Assembly (NCBI GenBank): GCA_964187785.1 | Contig: OZ076409.1 | Coordinates: 36,086,001 to 36,150,000 of the forward strand | Reading direction: 5' to 3' | DNA length: 64,000 nucleotides | Origin: Amphiscolops sp. MND2022 | Taxonomy: Eukaryota | In this document: piece by piece, positions 12,718 through 26,945 of the stretch | Numbering within the stretch: position 1 is the stretch's first letter | Layout: the number at the start of each line of letters is the position of its first letter | Translations under genes and position numbers: made by a program | The notes under the pieces: generated by a model | The model's database searches: none | Seen by the model: the letters and a program-made list of their open reading frames with translations, nothing else | Told to the model about the DNA's origin: nothing

Positions 12718-14032
12718 GTACCACACCACTTCAAGATTTATTCGTTTCTTTTACATGGCAAATGCCCAGAAAGAAAGATGAGCATCTTCAAATATTTTTT
12801 TCTCAAAACAGAATTTTCTACCTCGAAAAAATTGACAAAGATTCGAACAGGTCATCAAGAGACAACATAGTAAAAACTTAGCGCACAAAAGTCCGAAGCA
12901 TTCCATGGTACACGCAGATTGAAATATCTTATTTTTAACGTCTGGAAATAGTAGTGGCATGGAAAAGCAAATTTTATACTCTCCAGTTTCAGCAAACATG
13001 CATTTTGCTTCAGGCAGCAACTTCCTGGTTCTCGCCCTGTGTTATATGTGGCGGTGCCCGCAAAGAATGACCGAGAGCTCAACACCAAGAGTTCAACAGT
13101 GAAAAATCTTGTATTTCATAATGTTAATGATGTCAATTAACGAAGTATACAAATTTTGTTTTGTTACAGATGCAACGATTAAGTATCAGGAACAAAAATA
13201 TTTCTATCTCCAGACAAATGGAATTCTAACAAGTCAATCTAAACAAGATAATGATTTCATTGTCTTCTGACAGAGCCAACATCAAGAGTTTTTTGCTGAA
13301 GGAAGGTAAAAATTTATTTATGAATGTCAATATACAACAACCGATAATACTAAATTGATAAAGGATTATAGAAAGTAAGTTTCTGCACAAACTGACACGA
13401 CGCAATTAAACTCCGAGTCAGAGCTCTGGTTGTGATGAAATTCGAAGATACGATTATATGAAACAAAATTCGAAAAAAAGTATCCTATTTGGAAGACATG
13501 AAATGACACATGACAGTATTAGTCTGAGTGCACGGCAAGTGGTAAAGGATATTACGTTAGTAAATAGGCACCCCAGCACAGTAAATTGCGAAAATTGCAT
13601 TGTTTTCTACCACTCAAAGAAATGTCACAAAATACTTTGCTGACTTTCCAAATCACCACATCACACACAATATGAAAACAAGGCGGTAGCAATATAAATC
13701 GCCCGGCCAAAGGTTCATAAATTTAAGTACTTCAAATCGTTTAGGAAGTTTTCTTGAAAAAAATCAAAATTTTGGTTTTAAAAAATATTCGTATGGATGA
13801 CCGTCAAGAAAGGAAGAAACATCAAGAAAACAAAAGGTGGGACCCATCTGTGAAATTAACTTTTTATCAACACTGCTTTTTAGGCTTTTCAGGCCAAATA
13901 AAAAAAATCAAAAAATGAAAGGAGGACTCTTTAACACCATCAGATGTCAAGCTGAAATATGATTTTTTGGTAGATATTTTATAGGTACTTCAATCGGATT
14001 GAATAAAGGAGCTGAGCGGCACAGTGATATTT

Positions 14033-14737
14033 ATAGTCGGCGCATTTCCCTTTAAAGGAAAAATGCCCGTTCTTACAGTGACCTTTTTTCGTCAGACCAA
14101 ATAGCTCACCCTGTATGTACCACATTTTGTGCATTATAAACTTTTACCAAAAGTACTCAGTACTTGATTTTGAACGCATCCAAAATCCTCTAACTTGAAA
14201 TACAAAACACAGAAGGGTCCCCCTTTCCAATTTTTCGGCACTGTGACTTTTCCCATCCTTTTTCGGCTTTGAGACTTTTTTCTAAATTTTTTAATGTCTC
14301 CAAGGGGTCCCGCTTTAATTTGTTTGATATTTTGCAACTAGATGGATGTTGAAGAAGCCCAAAGGGCCCACTTTTACATTTTTCGGCACTATGAGACTGT
14401 TCAAAATTCTTATTTTCCGTTCGAATATTTTCAATTTTTTCCGAAAATTTTTCAATGTCTCCAAAGGATCCTTCCTTCGAGTGTTTTGATATTTTGCAAC
14501 AATGCATGTTAATAAGTCACATCTTTCGGCACAATGCGACATTTTTCGAAAGATTTTTAAAATGTTTTTTTTTGTTCCCAGTTGGGGATAAAGTAGTTTC
14601 CGAGTCTATTCGAGCATGAAAGGCACCCTTTGGGTGTCGCGAAACTGTTTTCTGAACTTTTCATAAATACGTCCTGGCCATAATTTAAAAACTTTGCGCT
14701 TTTTGAGCCTTAGATATAGCGCCGACTTTAGACGTTC
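14033..14737 (+). mobile_element. Helentron/HINE-like element
   Basis: TAGTCGGCGC...TAGATATAGCGCCGACTTTAGACGTTC. Confidence 0.75.
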
Positions 14738-15193
14738 TACTGTAGTTCATGAACTGTAGAACCTCGTATCTGGGAAATTCTCACTAAACAGAACAAGATC
14801 CGCCAACAAGCAATCGTAGAGTCATCTATCAGTGCTATAGTTCACGAGGGAGGGCTGTCATAAATCTGACAATCCCTCGGGTGCTTCCCATGAAACCATA
14901 TAATTTCCGACAATCAATAAAATTTGAGATGCATTGTCTTAATTTATAAATTACCCTCCACTTACCGATGTTTTCCAAATTTATTTTATAGGACCTTATT
15001 GACGCTGTAAGGAGGCTCTGCACCGTACCGACATCCAAACTCTTTTCACTGGCACGCCCTCCATGTACTAAGGGCGAAAAAATCCCATCTCACTCTACAT
15101 CATATCCCGGTTTCAGGACGCGCGGTCCTTATTGTTTTAAACAACAGAAGAAAAGAAAGGAAGAAGGAAAAAATAAAAACTAACAGAACAAGA

Positions 15194-15570
15194 AACAACA
15201 AGCCGGGAACGGCCCAAGTCGGCGTCATATCTAAGGCTCAAAAAGACTCGAAAACCACTTTTTCTACAACTGGAGACAAAAGCTCTCAAAAAACTAAAAA
15301 TTGAGAAAAAAAATTTCCGAATTTTTTTTGAATTTTTTTCGAAATTTCCGGTAAGTCGCATAGTGCCGAAAATGTAAAAGGGGGGACGCTTTTTATCTCA
15401 TGTTAGACGCTTTGGATGCGTTGAAAATGAAGTACTAAGTACATATTGTAAAAGTTGGTAAATGTGCATTAATTGGATTAATGCACAAAAAGTGGACGTT
15501 ACGCGTTGAACTGACAAAAAAACTAGCCACTGTAAGAGTCGGGATTTTCTTCGAAAACGCCGACTAAAAA
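15194..15570 (-). mobile_element. Helentron/HINE-like element, full length
   Basis: Hairpin GCCG-GGAA-CGGC, subTIRs, ends CGCCGACTAAAAA. Confidence 0.78.
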
Positions 15571-16026
15571 CCTGTCGTTGCCAAATTAAAAACAATTTTT
15601 TGAAAAAATACAAGTGACGACCTACATAAGATGTATTCGGCCTGCTATGTGTATTAAAAACCCAGCTATGTGATTTTTAAATGCTTTCAATAAAGGATTT
15701 CTTTTTTATTCTGTTTTTTTTTTTGCAAACTAACTTCGTGTATCTTATCAAGTGATACAATAAAGAAATTATACATGCGAAAAAAAAGGCGGCATAAACA
15801 AATTAGGCGAATGTTTTGAATTAAGATTTCCGCAACATCCTTCTAAAATTTAATGTTTTTTTGCGCGATTTGCATTACAATAACAGTGCTGCTCATATGA
15901 CAATTACAATTCATTCAGCTGTGAAGGATTAGCAAATGCAATTATAGCCCCCATGCAATTCCTCTGTGAAACTGTCGGTATTCATAAAGAGAAACTTGTC
16001 ACCAAATGAAAAACCAATAAAAACAA

Positions 16027-16560
16027 AATAGGCCCCTCCGGGGCTCAGTACTATTTCTGCTTTAATCTTTATTTTTTTGAAACAAAAAATTCATTAATAA
16101 AAGAATCATATCTGGAATACCAATACACTCTTGTTTAATCATTATTTAGCGCACAATTACATGTAATCACTGTACAAGTTTACACCGCCTTTAATTCTTC
16201 TCGGACTAAAGAAAATATAACTACTAAGCGTAGACGAAGTTTCGCATTCGCATTTGAATGCAGGCGAAGCTCTCAACGAACGAATAATTAACACTCATTC
16301 GCTTCATCTCAATAACTCGGGGCAACGAAAGCACAATTACGAACATTCGCTCGCTTCATCTCAATGACGTCAGCATACGAATGGATAATTACCACTCGCT
16401 CGTTCCATCGCACTAGAATTGAATTGTCTTCGGCAGCTCTCTCGCTTACACTCACTGCCGAACAAAATATCTGAATTATTCAGATCGTCCGAAAAATCGT
16501 ACTGAAAAAAAAAATAAGTAGACATTTTCGGATTTCAATAATATTCCTGCTAAAGCAGAA
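16027..16560 (+). repeat. Unclassified interspersed repeat; second copy at ~59205-59655, fragment at ~34535-34595
   Basis: Shared CTTTAATTCTTCTCGGACTAAAGAAAATATAACTACTAAGCGTA block; left-end hairpin GCCCC-TCC-GGGGC. Confidence 0.75.
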
Positions 16561-19500
16561 ATATTAAAAAGAATTTTACCTGGAAACTCAGATATTATGA
16601 ATTAAGTACCATAAAGGTCCACGACCGTACTTTTAAGTTCAAGAGGACAGCCAAATTGGCGCCCCCTTTAAGGAAATTCTTTCATTTCAAATTGGCTAGG
16701 GGTCGGTTTTGAAACAAAATTCGATACAGTCGCGCAGTGCCGAATGTATCAAAAGAGGGATTCATTGGGCCTTTCACATTCCACATGGTTGTAAAATATC
16801 AAAACATTCAAATCTGGGACCCTTTATGAACATTCAAAAAATTCAGTCCCAAATAGGGTGAAAATTTTGTTTCAAGAAAAAAACTTTAATTTGCTGAATT
16901 TGTTATATCCGATTATATCCGAAACGATTAGGATATATGCGGTATATAATACTATACCTTCAGGATGGTGAAATTAGCAATGAAAATCTTTTAACCCTAG
17001 CGGGATTCGAACCCGATCTTCCGCCTCACAAGACGCATGCAAGATGGAAAGAAAGCGCTATATTCGAAGTCATACGATCTATCCGAACTATTTACGTTAT
17101 ATGCGTCATATCTGGCAATGCTAAGAGTATTGTTCATTTTCAAAAACATTTGAAATTTCAGACCTTAGAATTATTCGAACCCACGTCTTTCGGTTTCCCG
17201 GACCAAGTCTCAAAACGCTATGAGATCGAGCCTTAAATCGGAGACTTTCTAAAAAAACAATGAAACCAGAGTCCAATGAGGTTCTTTCCATGTATGATTA
17301 TATTTGAAGTTTCTGATAAACAAAAGTGACAGACAAACTCGAAGCAACGTGTTGTTCATCTTGGGAAAAACAATGGACCTTAGTAAATGTTTCAAAAAGC
17401 TTTGGCTTTCCTAAATGACGCCCCGGCACTTATTTCAGTGATCACGTTTAGATGCTATGGATTTCTATGGAAGGAGCCTTACCTTTTGAGTATGAAATTA
17501 GGGTGAGAAAAACATTGGAGAAAACGGGTCTGAGTTCTATGCACTTTGGGTAACGCGAAACATAAAATAAAAATGTCCAAGTTTTCAATGGATTAACAAT
17601 GCGTATTATCATAATTTTTTAAAGCCAAACTTGACAAGAAATAACAAATTATTCTGATATCAGAACCATTATTCCTTAAAGCAAGATCAATATTGACCGG
17701 ATTGAATTTATAGAAAGCATCTGAACTCCTTAAAACAACAGCCTGAACTAATGCGATTTTCCCTAAAGACGTTTATCCTCCCTATCGTAGTATAACAAGT
17801 TTTAAACTCAAAAGATAGCTCCCATTGGAGAACATCAAATTCATTTTGCTAGCAGGGGTGGTTACCAGACAAAAGTGCCCCAGTCAAAGCTTACATGATT
17901 TGCTGACTCTTTGCCGCACCAACTTTAGGCGCCTCACTCGTATTAAATAATTATCAGTTTTTATTTTTAAACAGTGTATTGACAAAATGCTTCATTAAAA
18001 AATATTACATTTTGTTCAAAAATGTCAAAATAAGCAATAGAAGTCGTTTTCGAACTAATTATTTTCCAAAACTAAATTATAATACTTATAAGTATCAGTA
18101 TCATTTACTTTTAAAATTTACTTGAAGTCAAACATACAATAACAATATGTATATAACAATTTGAAGGAAAACTTTCAGCGAAACAGCGAATTTAAAATTA
18201 GCGATTTAGCGTTTAGCAAAAACAAATTAGCGATGTCAAAACCCTGGGATGTATACCATTTCAGTTCAAAAAATAGTTTGGCATTTCTGTTCTGATTTAA
18301 AATAATATATATCTATGAAAAGGTGTAAAAGGTTATAGTGAGATGATACCGTGCTTATAGCTCAAGTAACTGATCTTGAACTGTAACAATCTACCGTATG
18401 ATTTGATTTTCCGCGTGAAAATTGTTTCTTTGGGATTACCTGAGCGTCGTTTTTGTACTTCCATTACAAGCTATTAACGCTTTTATAATTCTGTAAGTCT
18501 GGACAATTGAGACGACTCCCCGGTTGGACATCAAAAATTGCGGAAGTTGTCAATTTTGTGAAATTGCAAATATTCAAGAGCATAAATGTTTAAACTCGAC
18601 GCAATTGCTGTCCAAGACATGGAAATGAAAGTGCAGAACAGTTCTAAGTAGAAATTGCCGCCGTATATAGAAGAAAATAGGTGGACCTCTCTTACAGAAT
18701 GTGCCGACTAAAATTAAAAGGGGACTTTTTAACAGGAACTGTCGTTCTTTAACGGTTGAATGGATTGCACGAAGTCACTTGATCCTGTTACATTAAATTT
18801 TAAACTACCCTCATAACCCATTAAGTGAACAAAAGTTACCGGAATTACTTCAATAAACCACTGACACGTGAAATAATTTAAAGCATTTAGAAGTAATTCT
18901 CAAACAATACAAATCTATCATTCTCGTTTCCTGCTTTTATATTTATAAAAAACCTATTCTGATACAAAGCACGCTGAATTGTGCGCAAATCGAACATATC
19001 ATTCATTAAAATCCGAAATTTTGCAGTTTTCTGCTCTAGATAAGTTGCAATACATACTATAAAGTTACAGACAGAATAAGTTTGAAATTTCAACCAAATT
19101 TTCACTGATGCCATTTCGCCCTGACATTCTAACACATGTACATATTCCCCTGGTTGTCATATATTAGACATTAGGATGGTGGTAAAATCATTCATTAGCA
19201 GAGAGGAAATACGGGTAACAAGTAAACAATAGAGACAGTTAGCGGCATCCTGCTTTTTATTATGCTGCGTGCTAATACGATCTGGGCATTAGCCCACAAT
19301 TGGCAATACATATTCATGAAGAACATAGTTAGTGTGGTATTCACTATTATGTACATGGGGGGTTCCTCAGTCTCCTCCTTGTCGAAGGGATGAAATGTTA
19401 ATCAATTGATTACAACCCCTCTTTATCTACTATCACACATCAGTACAATAAAGTACGCTGGGAAATATTGCCAATTGTAAATATTCCATCCACGTTACGT

Positions 19501-21254
19501 GGATGATTTTGCATTCATCAACACCAACAATTTCGTGTTTTTTTCTGCTGACATTTGATTGGTCAAAGGAACCATTACTACGAATGCTACCGTTACTATT
19601 CATTACTACGACGTTCTGGTGCCGTAGGTACGTACAGCAGACACAGCACAAGCAGTGCGGCAAAATTCCTGCTTTTCTTCCACATTTCCTACTGTGCCGC
19701 CGTAGCCTGAGAATTTTCAAGTACCTGCAGGCAAAGCAGTTGCAATACCGCTCCATCGGTTGGGGATGCGACGAGAGAGGATGCGATTGGTTTATAGGAG
19801 TGAAAGAAATTTTTAAATGAAGCTGCTCTGACAACGGAAAACACCCAATTATTTGGCAACTCATTTCGCAAACATACCTCATTATGTACTGAAAAGTTCA
19901 TCAGGTAAGTTCGTGTTTTTACCTTCTTTAACTTTCCTTCAAACAGAAAAATACTTCAAAATTAAATCTAAAAATTGTAATTTTGACTCTTTCTATTTTG
20001 ACAAACTTAGTGCTTCCTCTTGCTACGGCCGGAATTTTCTACACAGTTAACAAAAATGGGATCAAAAAGCTCAAAAATTAGCCTACGGGATTAATCAATT
20101 ATCGAGACTATTTGCTAGGGTTTGCTTGACACTTCATTGACCGAATAGAAATCTATAAATGGGAGTAAATCAATTGTTTTGACTACGACTTGAGAAAAAA
20201 TCAGAACCTTTGAGTGTGGGATTATTAGCATGGCAAGTTAAGAACGACCTTGTATAAGTTGTTAGGTTGAATGTTAGGACAAAACCGTGGTTAGCCTCGG
20301 CATGCAACTACAGTAGAGCGGAAATGAAATACCAACAGATTGTTCACAGACAGACTACATGTTATCACGGTACTACTCTAATTCGCAAGACATTCCGCCA
20401 CCCACAACGCAACTGTACGCGTTTCCATGCTATTCATGGGCAAAGGGGATATAGGGAGGGGGTGCTTCCGAATATTACACAACCGGAGGATTCTTTTACC
20501 CGGTTGAATAGTAGTAATAAGGCGGCCAACTAGACACGGTAATCGACTTCTTCGAGTTTAAGTAATTTCAAAACAGTAGCTGCTTCTGACGTGCTTCTTC
20601 AATTACTTCGAGTGGTCTTTGAACTGAGATTTAATATTGCAAACGTTTTTGTCAATCATACTCTTGAATCAAGAAGTACAGGCGTAATGCAAGCTTATAC
20701 AACTGGGTAACATGACAAGTTATATCACCCATGTCGCATAGAATTGCTGCTTCAATACGAAAGGCACTGCTAGTTGCCAGCACAAACAATTTACTTTGCA
20801 GGAAAGTTCCCCAATTCAGGTTAACAAACAAATTTGATCTGCTTAAAATTAGAAGCAGCCCGGCAGCAGACTTATATTTACTGTTTTGAAATATGAAATT
20901 GGAAAAGCCCGCACAAACAAGCGGGGGTGGGAAGTAAGATCGAAGCCGTTAACCTAAATAGGGCAGAACAAATTTCCCCTCCTCGTTGCTAACAGCGACG
21001 GTTCCAAGCTTCTCACCTATGCGCAATCACGCCCATGATTCTCCGCCCATCTCAGCCTCTCCAGGGAACATACAGCTCCACTCACTGGAGCTTCTGTCTA
21101 TTCAACTGACACTCACACACATACAGTGAGTGACCTTTGCATATCGATTTAATTTTTGCTAATACCACTTAATCCATGTTTCTGGTTAAGGTATTTGGAA
21201 GTGAATGCAACACTTAATTGGATTATTACTCCAGCACTAAACGCGTCATAAGAA

Positions 21255-22832
21255 ATGTCCAACAAGGGCGGCGACTATTACACCCCCCATCGGGCAGGCA
21301 GTTCCGACCACGTGACCCAGCACAGTATCACGAGACCTACCAGCAGAAAAGTCCTCATTGCGGTCGATGGAAGCTCCAACGCAGAATATGCTTTCGATTT
21401 TTACTGCAACTTTGTGTGCAGGAAGAAAGATGTCGTCATATTATTCCATTTTATGGACCCCGTTTCTACCAGTTCAGGTAAATTATGCATTTCGTGATTT
21501 GCTTTTCCCCAAAGTTCATGTTTTATGGAGCCAACTGTATTTAAAAAATTGGGATGGGGAAAAACTTGATTTCAAGAAAAACATTTTAAAAAATTTGAAG
21601 AAATAGTCAGTTGAAAATCATATCAATATGTACTTAAATCAGTAAATTAGAAAGAGTAGGGAACATTGAACATATTCTGATGGATCTCAATTGAGTCATC
21701 AGTTAGATTCAATTTCGTAAATGAATACGGAAAACATCTTCCGCATTAGTGATGAAAAGGTCATCTTTCGTAGCTTATTACCACACAATTCCAAGGACAA
21801 GGGAAGACAAAGCTAGAGATGATGGGGATTGAAGAAAGCAATTTTAGACGATTCCGTTGAATGCCTACAAAATTAAGTTAGCTCAGGCTGCCCTTAAAAC
21901 TGCATGAGATGCGACAGCTCAAAGGCACAATTTGACTTGCAAATCAAGGCATCTTCCTTCTGCTTTTCATGTTTCGTCGCCTATACATCAATGGGCCAAC
22001 ATTTTCTTTTCATGGCTGCTTATACCAGCACTACGAGGAATTCCCCAACAATTCATAAATGGAACTAATTTTCCCAGACCACATCATGAAGCTATCGTTG
22101 TAACATGCCTATGAAGAAGAGTGATTTTCCTTCACCCTTCAACAAAATCAGTTTCAAAAAATTGTTCCGATTTTTCAGATCCCGATTTGGCCTTTGAAGA
22201 GCTGAAAAGATACAAAGGCCATTACATGGAAGGCTTGGAAAGAATGTTTGCAGCTCGAGCAAGAAAACACGGGCTGGATCCGGAAACAATGAGTTTTGGT
22301 TTCAGCTGTGACCCTCCAGAACCAGGAAAAGGTGAAATCATTTTCAACAAGTATTCACGAACTATTTTTTCCTTTTTTTTCAAAAAATAGACACAGTTTT
22401 TGATCGAAGGCGGTTTTCATTTTATGAGGGCTTCCAAAATTATTTCAGGGAGTATTGTAACAGGACGCAAAATTGCGCCTGTAATGTTTTTACTAAGCCA
22501 ATGAGCGGTTTTTATTCAATGGCTGTTACTTTTCGAAAAAAATACTATAACTAATCTCTGTGCATTTGCGTCACATTCTCGGAAAATTATGCTGTTGATG
22601 AAGCGACAAACCGCTTATTTCGATACTCAAGTTTTCTTGTTAATCCATCGTGCTTGTTTCAGCAATAGTAGCTTATGTGCGAGAACACCCAGTAGACCTC
22701 ATTGTGATTGGATGCCGAGGATTGAGCAAACTCAAAAAAGCTTTCATTGGCTCAGTCAGCGATTACGTCATTCGACATTCGGGGCTGCCGACTCTAACAG
22801 TGCCCATGCCCCCGCCCACCAAGAATAGTTGA
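21255..22832 (+). CDS. Universal stress protein (UspA-domain), 181 aa, three coding exons 21255-21477, 22179-22331, 22663-22832; nested antisense in a CAPS intron
   Basis: N-terminal 'RKVLIAVDGSSNAEYAF' and C-terminal 'DLIVIGCRGLSKLKKAFIGSVSDYVIRHS..PTLTV' (G-2x-G-9x-GS ATP-binding USP motif). Both introns are GT-AG phase 1; total 546 nt. Confidence 0.93.
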
Positions 22833-23074
22833 AAGTTACCAGGCGAAAACCCTACAAAAATGCAATACCCAAAAAGTTGTGAAATATGAACATATTAAAA
22901 TTTTATTAGTTTGAAAAGTTCGTTGTTAGCTTAAGAAAATATTTGATTTTCAATTTTTTTTGGCCCATGAAACTAACAGAGTGACTTCGTGGCGTCATTT
23001 CATAAATCTCGATTATAGATGTTATATTATCAACCAATTATGGTTCCCAGAAACACACATTTGGCCGGGTAAAC

Positions 23075-23535
23075 AATAAGACGGGAACGGCCGAAGTTGG
23101 CGCCCAGCTTAAGGTTCAAAAAGAGCAGAGTGTTCAAAATATTCATAAAACAACTATTGTGAAACTTTTCAGTTATCACACAGTCACGAAAAGGGTACCC
23201 TTAGGCTTGCTAAACGCCTTTTCCGAACAGAAAAGTTCAAAAAATTGAAGGGAGCACCTCTGATTAAATTGAAAATTTTTCGCAGTTGCACAGCGTCGAA
23301 GAAAACCCAAAGGGGACGACCCTTTGTTCTCGTATCCATTTGCAAAATTCAGAAAAAATGACCATCCTGGGATTAGAACCCACGAACAATTGCTTTTCAG
23401 CCAAGCCCTTATCCACTATGACAAGTAGTCATACTGGAGCAAGATATAGGCACTTATAGTTATAGAAATCTGTCAGCTCGCTGGTCTTTAAAATGTCACT
23501 ACTGTAATCTATGTTTTCTAACGGCCGAACTAAAG
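23075..23535 (-). mobile_element. Diverged HINE-like element with a tRNA-like insert
   Basis: GACGGGAACGGCCGAAGTTGGCGC start; reverse-strand A/B-box-like segment at ~23365-23425. Confidence 0.6.
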
Positions 23536-24378
23536 TTAGAGCCCAAAATAAGTTTGCATTTGACATACACCCCATCGGTAAAGACCGTTATTCATTCTTC
23601 TTCAAATTAATGAATTCACTTATGAAGAAAAATACTTGAAACGCGGTTCATTGAAACTAAACTGTTCTTGAGGAAACCCTAGTGCGATCAGTGAATTGCA
23701 CCGATACACAAAACTATGATTGGCATGAGAAGTACATTACACAATTACGGAGAGTGTTACACAGTAGACGAAAAAACAATTTGGTTAAAAAAATGGTAGC
23801 AAGAAATTGACAATACTTTCATCGATTTTAAGCTTCAGAAAAAAGTGATCACCCTTTCAGATTTTTTAACATCCATTCTGTTGCAAAAGATCAAAAAAAA
23901 TTGAGGAGCGACTTTTGGAGGCATTAATTTTTTTTCGAAAAAAGCCTCGCAATGCCGAAAAAACGGAAAGGGAGGACCATAGTATTGCATGTTACGCTGA
24001 AAAAAGGAACTTTTGTATTTCAGTCCCTTGTGCCAAATGGTCCAATTTGACACCTTAAAGTTTCGTAGAAATTTGTAGAACTATTTTGGTTAGTTCGTGC
24101 GGATTGAAAAGGTCATAGTATAGTCGCATTTCACTTCATGACGCACCGACTAATGAACCAAAAATCCAAGACTCTGGCTTCAATCTACACATCATAGCCT
24201 CTTGATTGCTGCATTTCAAAGAAATCACGTGGAGCAAAACGGAAGAAAACGATCTTAAAAATAGTCGATATGTCACATTTTCAGCTACCTTTGATTGCGA
24301 ATTAATTACTTATAAGAAGCTACAAAGTCGGCTTCTCTTGAAGGTAGTCAGTTTGCGAATGAGATCAATATCAAAGAA

Positions 24379-25370
24379 CAGTGAATTGTACACGATACAC
24401 CACAGTATACACACGACAGCACGATTTTTAGCTTTTCAAATACACGAACCTACACGATACACGATTTTTGGCAATACACACGAAAAAAAATTATACGATA
24501 ATTAAATTGAGCGCGTGAATGTGGCAATTGACCGTAGGAATTGAATTGCATGAATTGATCCAAAAACTGATCATTGAAGTTTTAGCCATTCCAGCAAGCT
24601 CAGGAGCGGTCGAGAGGCTATTTTCTCAATGTAACATACGATGCGCGAATAAAAGAAACTATGTCGCCAAAGAACTTGGAAATTTTGGTTTAAAATGAGT
24701 ATGATGAAAATCAAACTTTCGAACAGTGATTTGACGTGTATACCAGTTTCTGGTACTCGGTATTTTAAGTATAACATTGAAAACTTCCTGTATATAACGG
24801 TAGGTATTCGGAGATACTAGAGTACCGTAAACGGTATTTTTTCATCTTTTTCTATATTTTTACCTAAAATATTATTGAATAAAAATAAAAGCAAAGCAAT
24901 AAATTCAAAAAGCAATCTTGACTAAATTTTCCAAAGTTTCGCGTTTTGTTTTATTACGGCGATTGGAAGTCCTCAAGCCGCATAAATCTAAATAGTCTTT
25001 CTACAGCAGCAGATGAAGCCGGGCAAATTAAAATTTCCAAAACTTTGTATAAATTCAAGATATTCGGAAACATTTGCCCAATACCTTTACACGCTTTGCG
25101 ATAATTTAGAATACAGACAGAACTTGTCCGGTATTGTAGAAAACAATCGTGTATGTATTTTCTTGTATCTTTAACTGAATCTTCGAGTAACGGTACAAGC
25201 TACGGTAATACACGTCAAATCACTGCTTTCGAAGTTCTTTTTATTTTTCAGAAAAATAAACGAATGTACACGATTATACACGATTTTTTAGGATACACGA
25301 TACACGTAACGGTTTTTGCAAATACACAAAATACGCGATACACAAAAACTTCATACACGGCAATTCACTG
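24379..25370. mobile_element. hAT-type MITE with TACACGA subterminal repeats
   Basis: TIRs CAGTGAATTG...CAATTCACTG; degenerate 8-bp TSD (TCAAAGAA/CCGAAGGA); same TIR as 58101-58566. Confidence 0.75.
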
Positions 25371-26945
25371 CCGAAGGAGCCAATTGAGAAACTAGTTGAA
25401 CAAAATGATCATACAAAACTAAGATATCATATTTCTGCAACAGAATAATTGAAAACAAAACTGCACACAACGGACCCACTTGAATATATCGAAATATCAA
25501 AAGCATCTGACCAAGATCTATTTGAAAAAAAAATGATCGGAAGAGTTGAGAAAAACTATTGTTAGAATTCGTCTAGAGATAATCGTCGAAACGTGAATTT
25601 GTGCTACTTTGGTTCATGTATTTCTCAAAAATGAAGCAATGTATCAAAAATCGGCCCACTTAAATGAATCAAAACGAAAGTTTTATTTTCATAGGGACCA
25701 CTGCCAAACAAGTTGAGGAGAAATGATTGAAAAAAATCAAAACTTTTGTCTTTATCGCAACTTTGGATCATCTTTTTTCGACATAAAAAGCAGATAGCGA
25801 AAATCGGCTTCACTCAAAGGATTTAAAACAATCTCTCAGAAAAACTTTGCTTGAAAGCCAGAACTTGAAAATGGAGAAAAACGATTTTCCAACATAAGGA
25901 GAAAATCGGCACTTTAATGTTGAAAAATAATGAGAAAAACTGAGCTATATCCATAACTTCTCCGGGAAAAAAAGAATAAACGGTTTTTGTAAAAGAATAA
26001 AAACGCCACAGGTGCCATTTTGCGGCTCGTGGGTTTTCAAGTTTTGATAAAAAGCAAAACTTTGAATGGGACCCACTCGAAGAGCTTGGCGGTGAGCTTA
26101 CACTTCATACCTCCTTCAAAGGTGAGAAAAAAGTACTGCAGATCGAACTTTTCTTTAACAAAGCCGAGTTAAATTGAGAAAATCTACACTTTCAAAGTGC
26201 TTCCAGGTGAGAGACTGCCTTTAATGGCAGCGAATTTGTCAGAGATGTAAAACCGTATCCAAAGCGCCTTGTTTTCCCTGAATTTATAAGACTGTGTTAA
26301 AAATTGATGATTAGCGTGATTGTGAAAAAAGTGTCTCCAATTACTTCAAACCAAACTGAGAACTGTAGTTCAATAGTAAATTTCATCACATTAAGATGAT
26401 GATATTTAGACAATGTCAGATGACATTACCTAATACCTGACTTGACTGCCTTTGAAGAGAAGCAAGCAGCCAACTGTAATTGGCATTTGAGGACATCTGA
26501 GAAACATAAAAAGAAAAAAGATGAATTTAAGACGCCGACGCTTATGATGAAAGTTTTGTACTTATTTTTGCTTCGAAAATCACTATTTAAATTATGACGC
26601 AGACGTCTTGAGAAAATTATCAACCGTTAACTTTAATAAAATTTCAGAAAAAAATAGACGCCTATGACGCAAATGACTTCAAAAAAATTTCAAACGAACT
26701 GAAGTTTCCCACGGCTGCACGATATCACAGTCGATGGAGAGAATGCCGATTTTCTCTGCGCCACCGATATGGCATCAGAATGTTAGAGAAAGCTAATTGA
26801 TGTGAGTGCTTCCTGCATGCATGAAAAAGTCTCTTCAACTCAATACCTGGTTTTCGTTGAACCTGTATTGCACAAAAAGGGGACCAAAACTTTCAGCATG
26901 TTGATTGTCTTTTTATTTACGGGAATTCTTCCCATTCAGAATGTT

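Noticed and set aside
21255..22832. Bacterial contamination or recent HGT of usp
   Set aside because: The gene has spliceosomal introns, sits in host repeat-rich DNA, and USPs are native to several invertebrate lineages.
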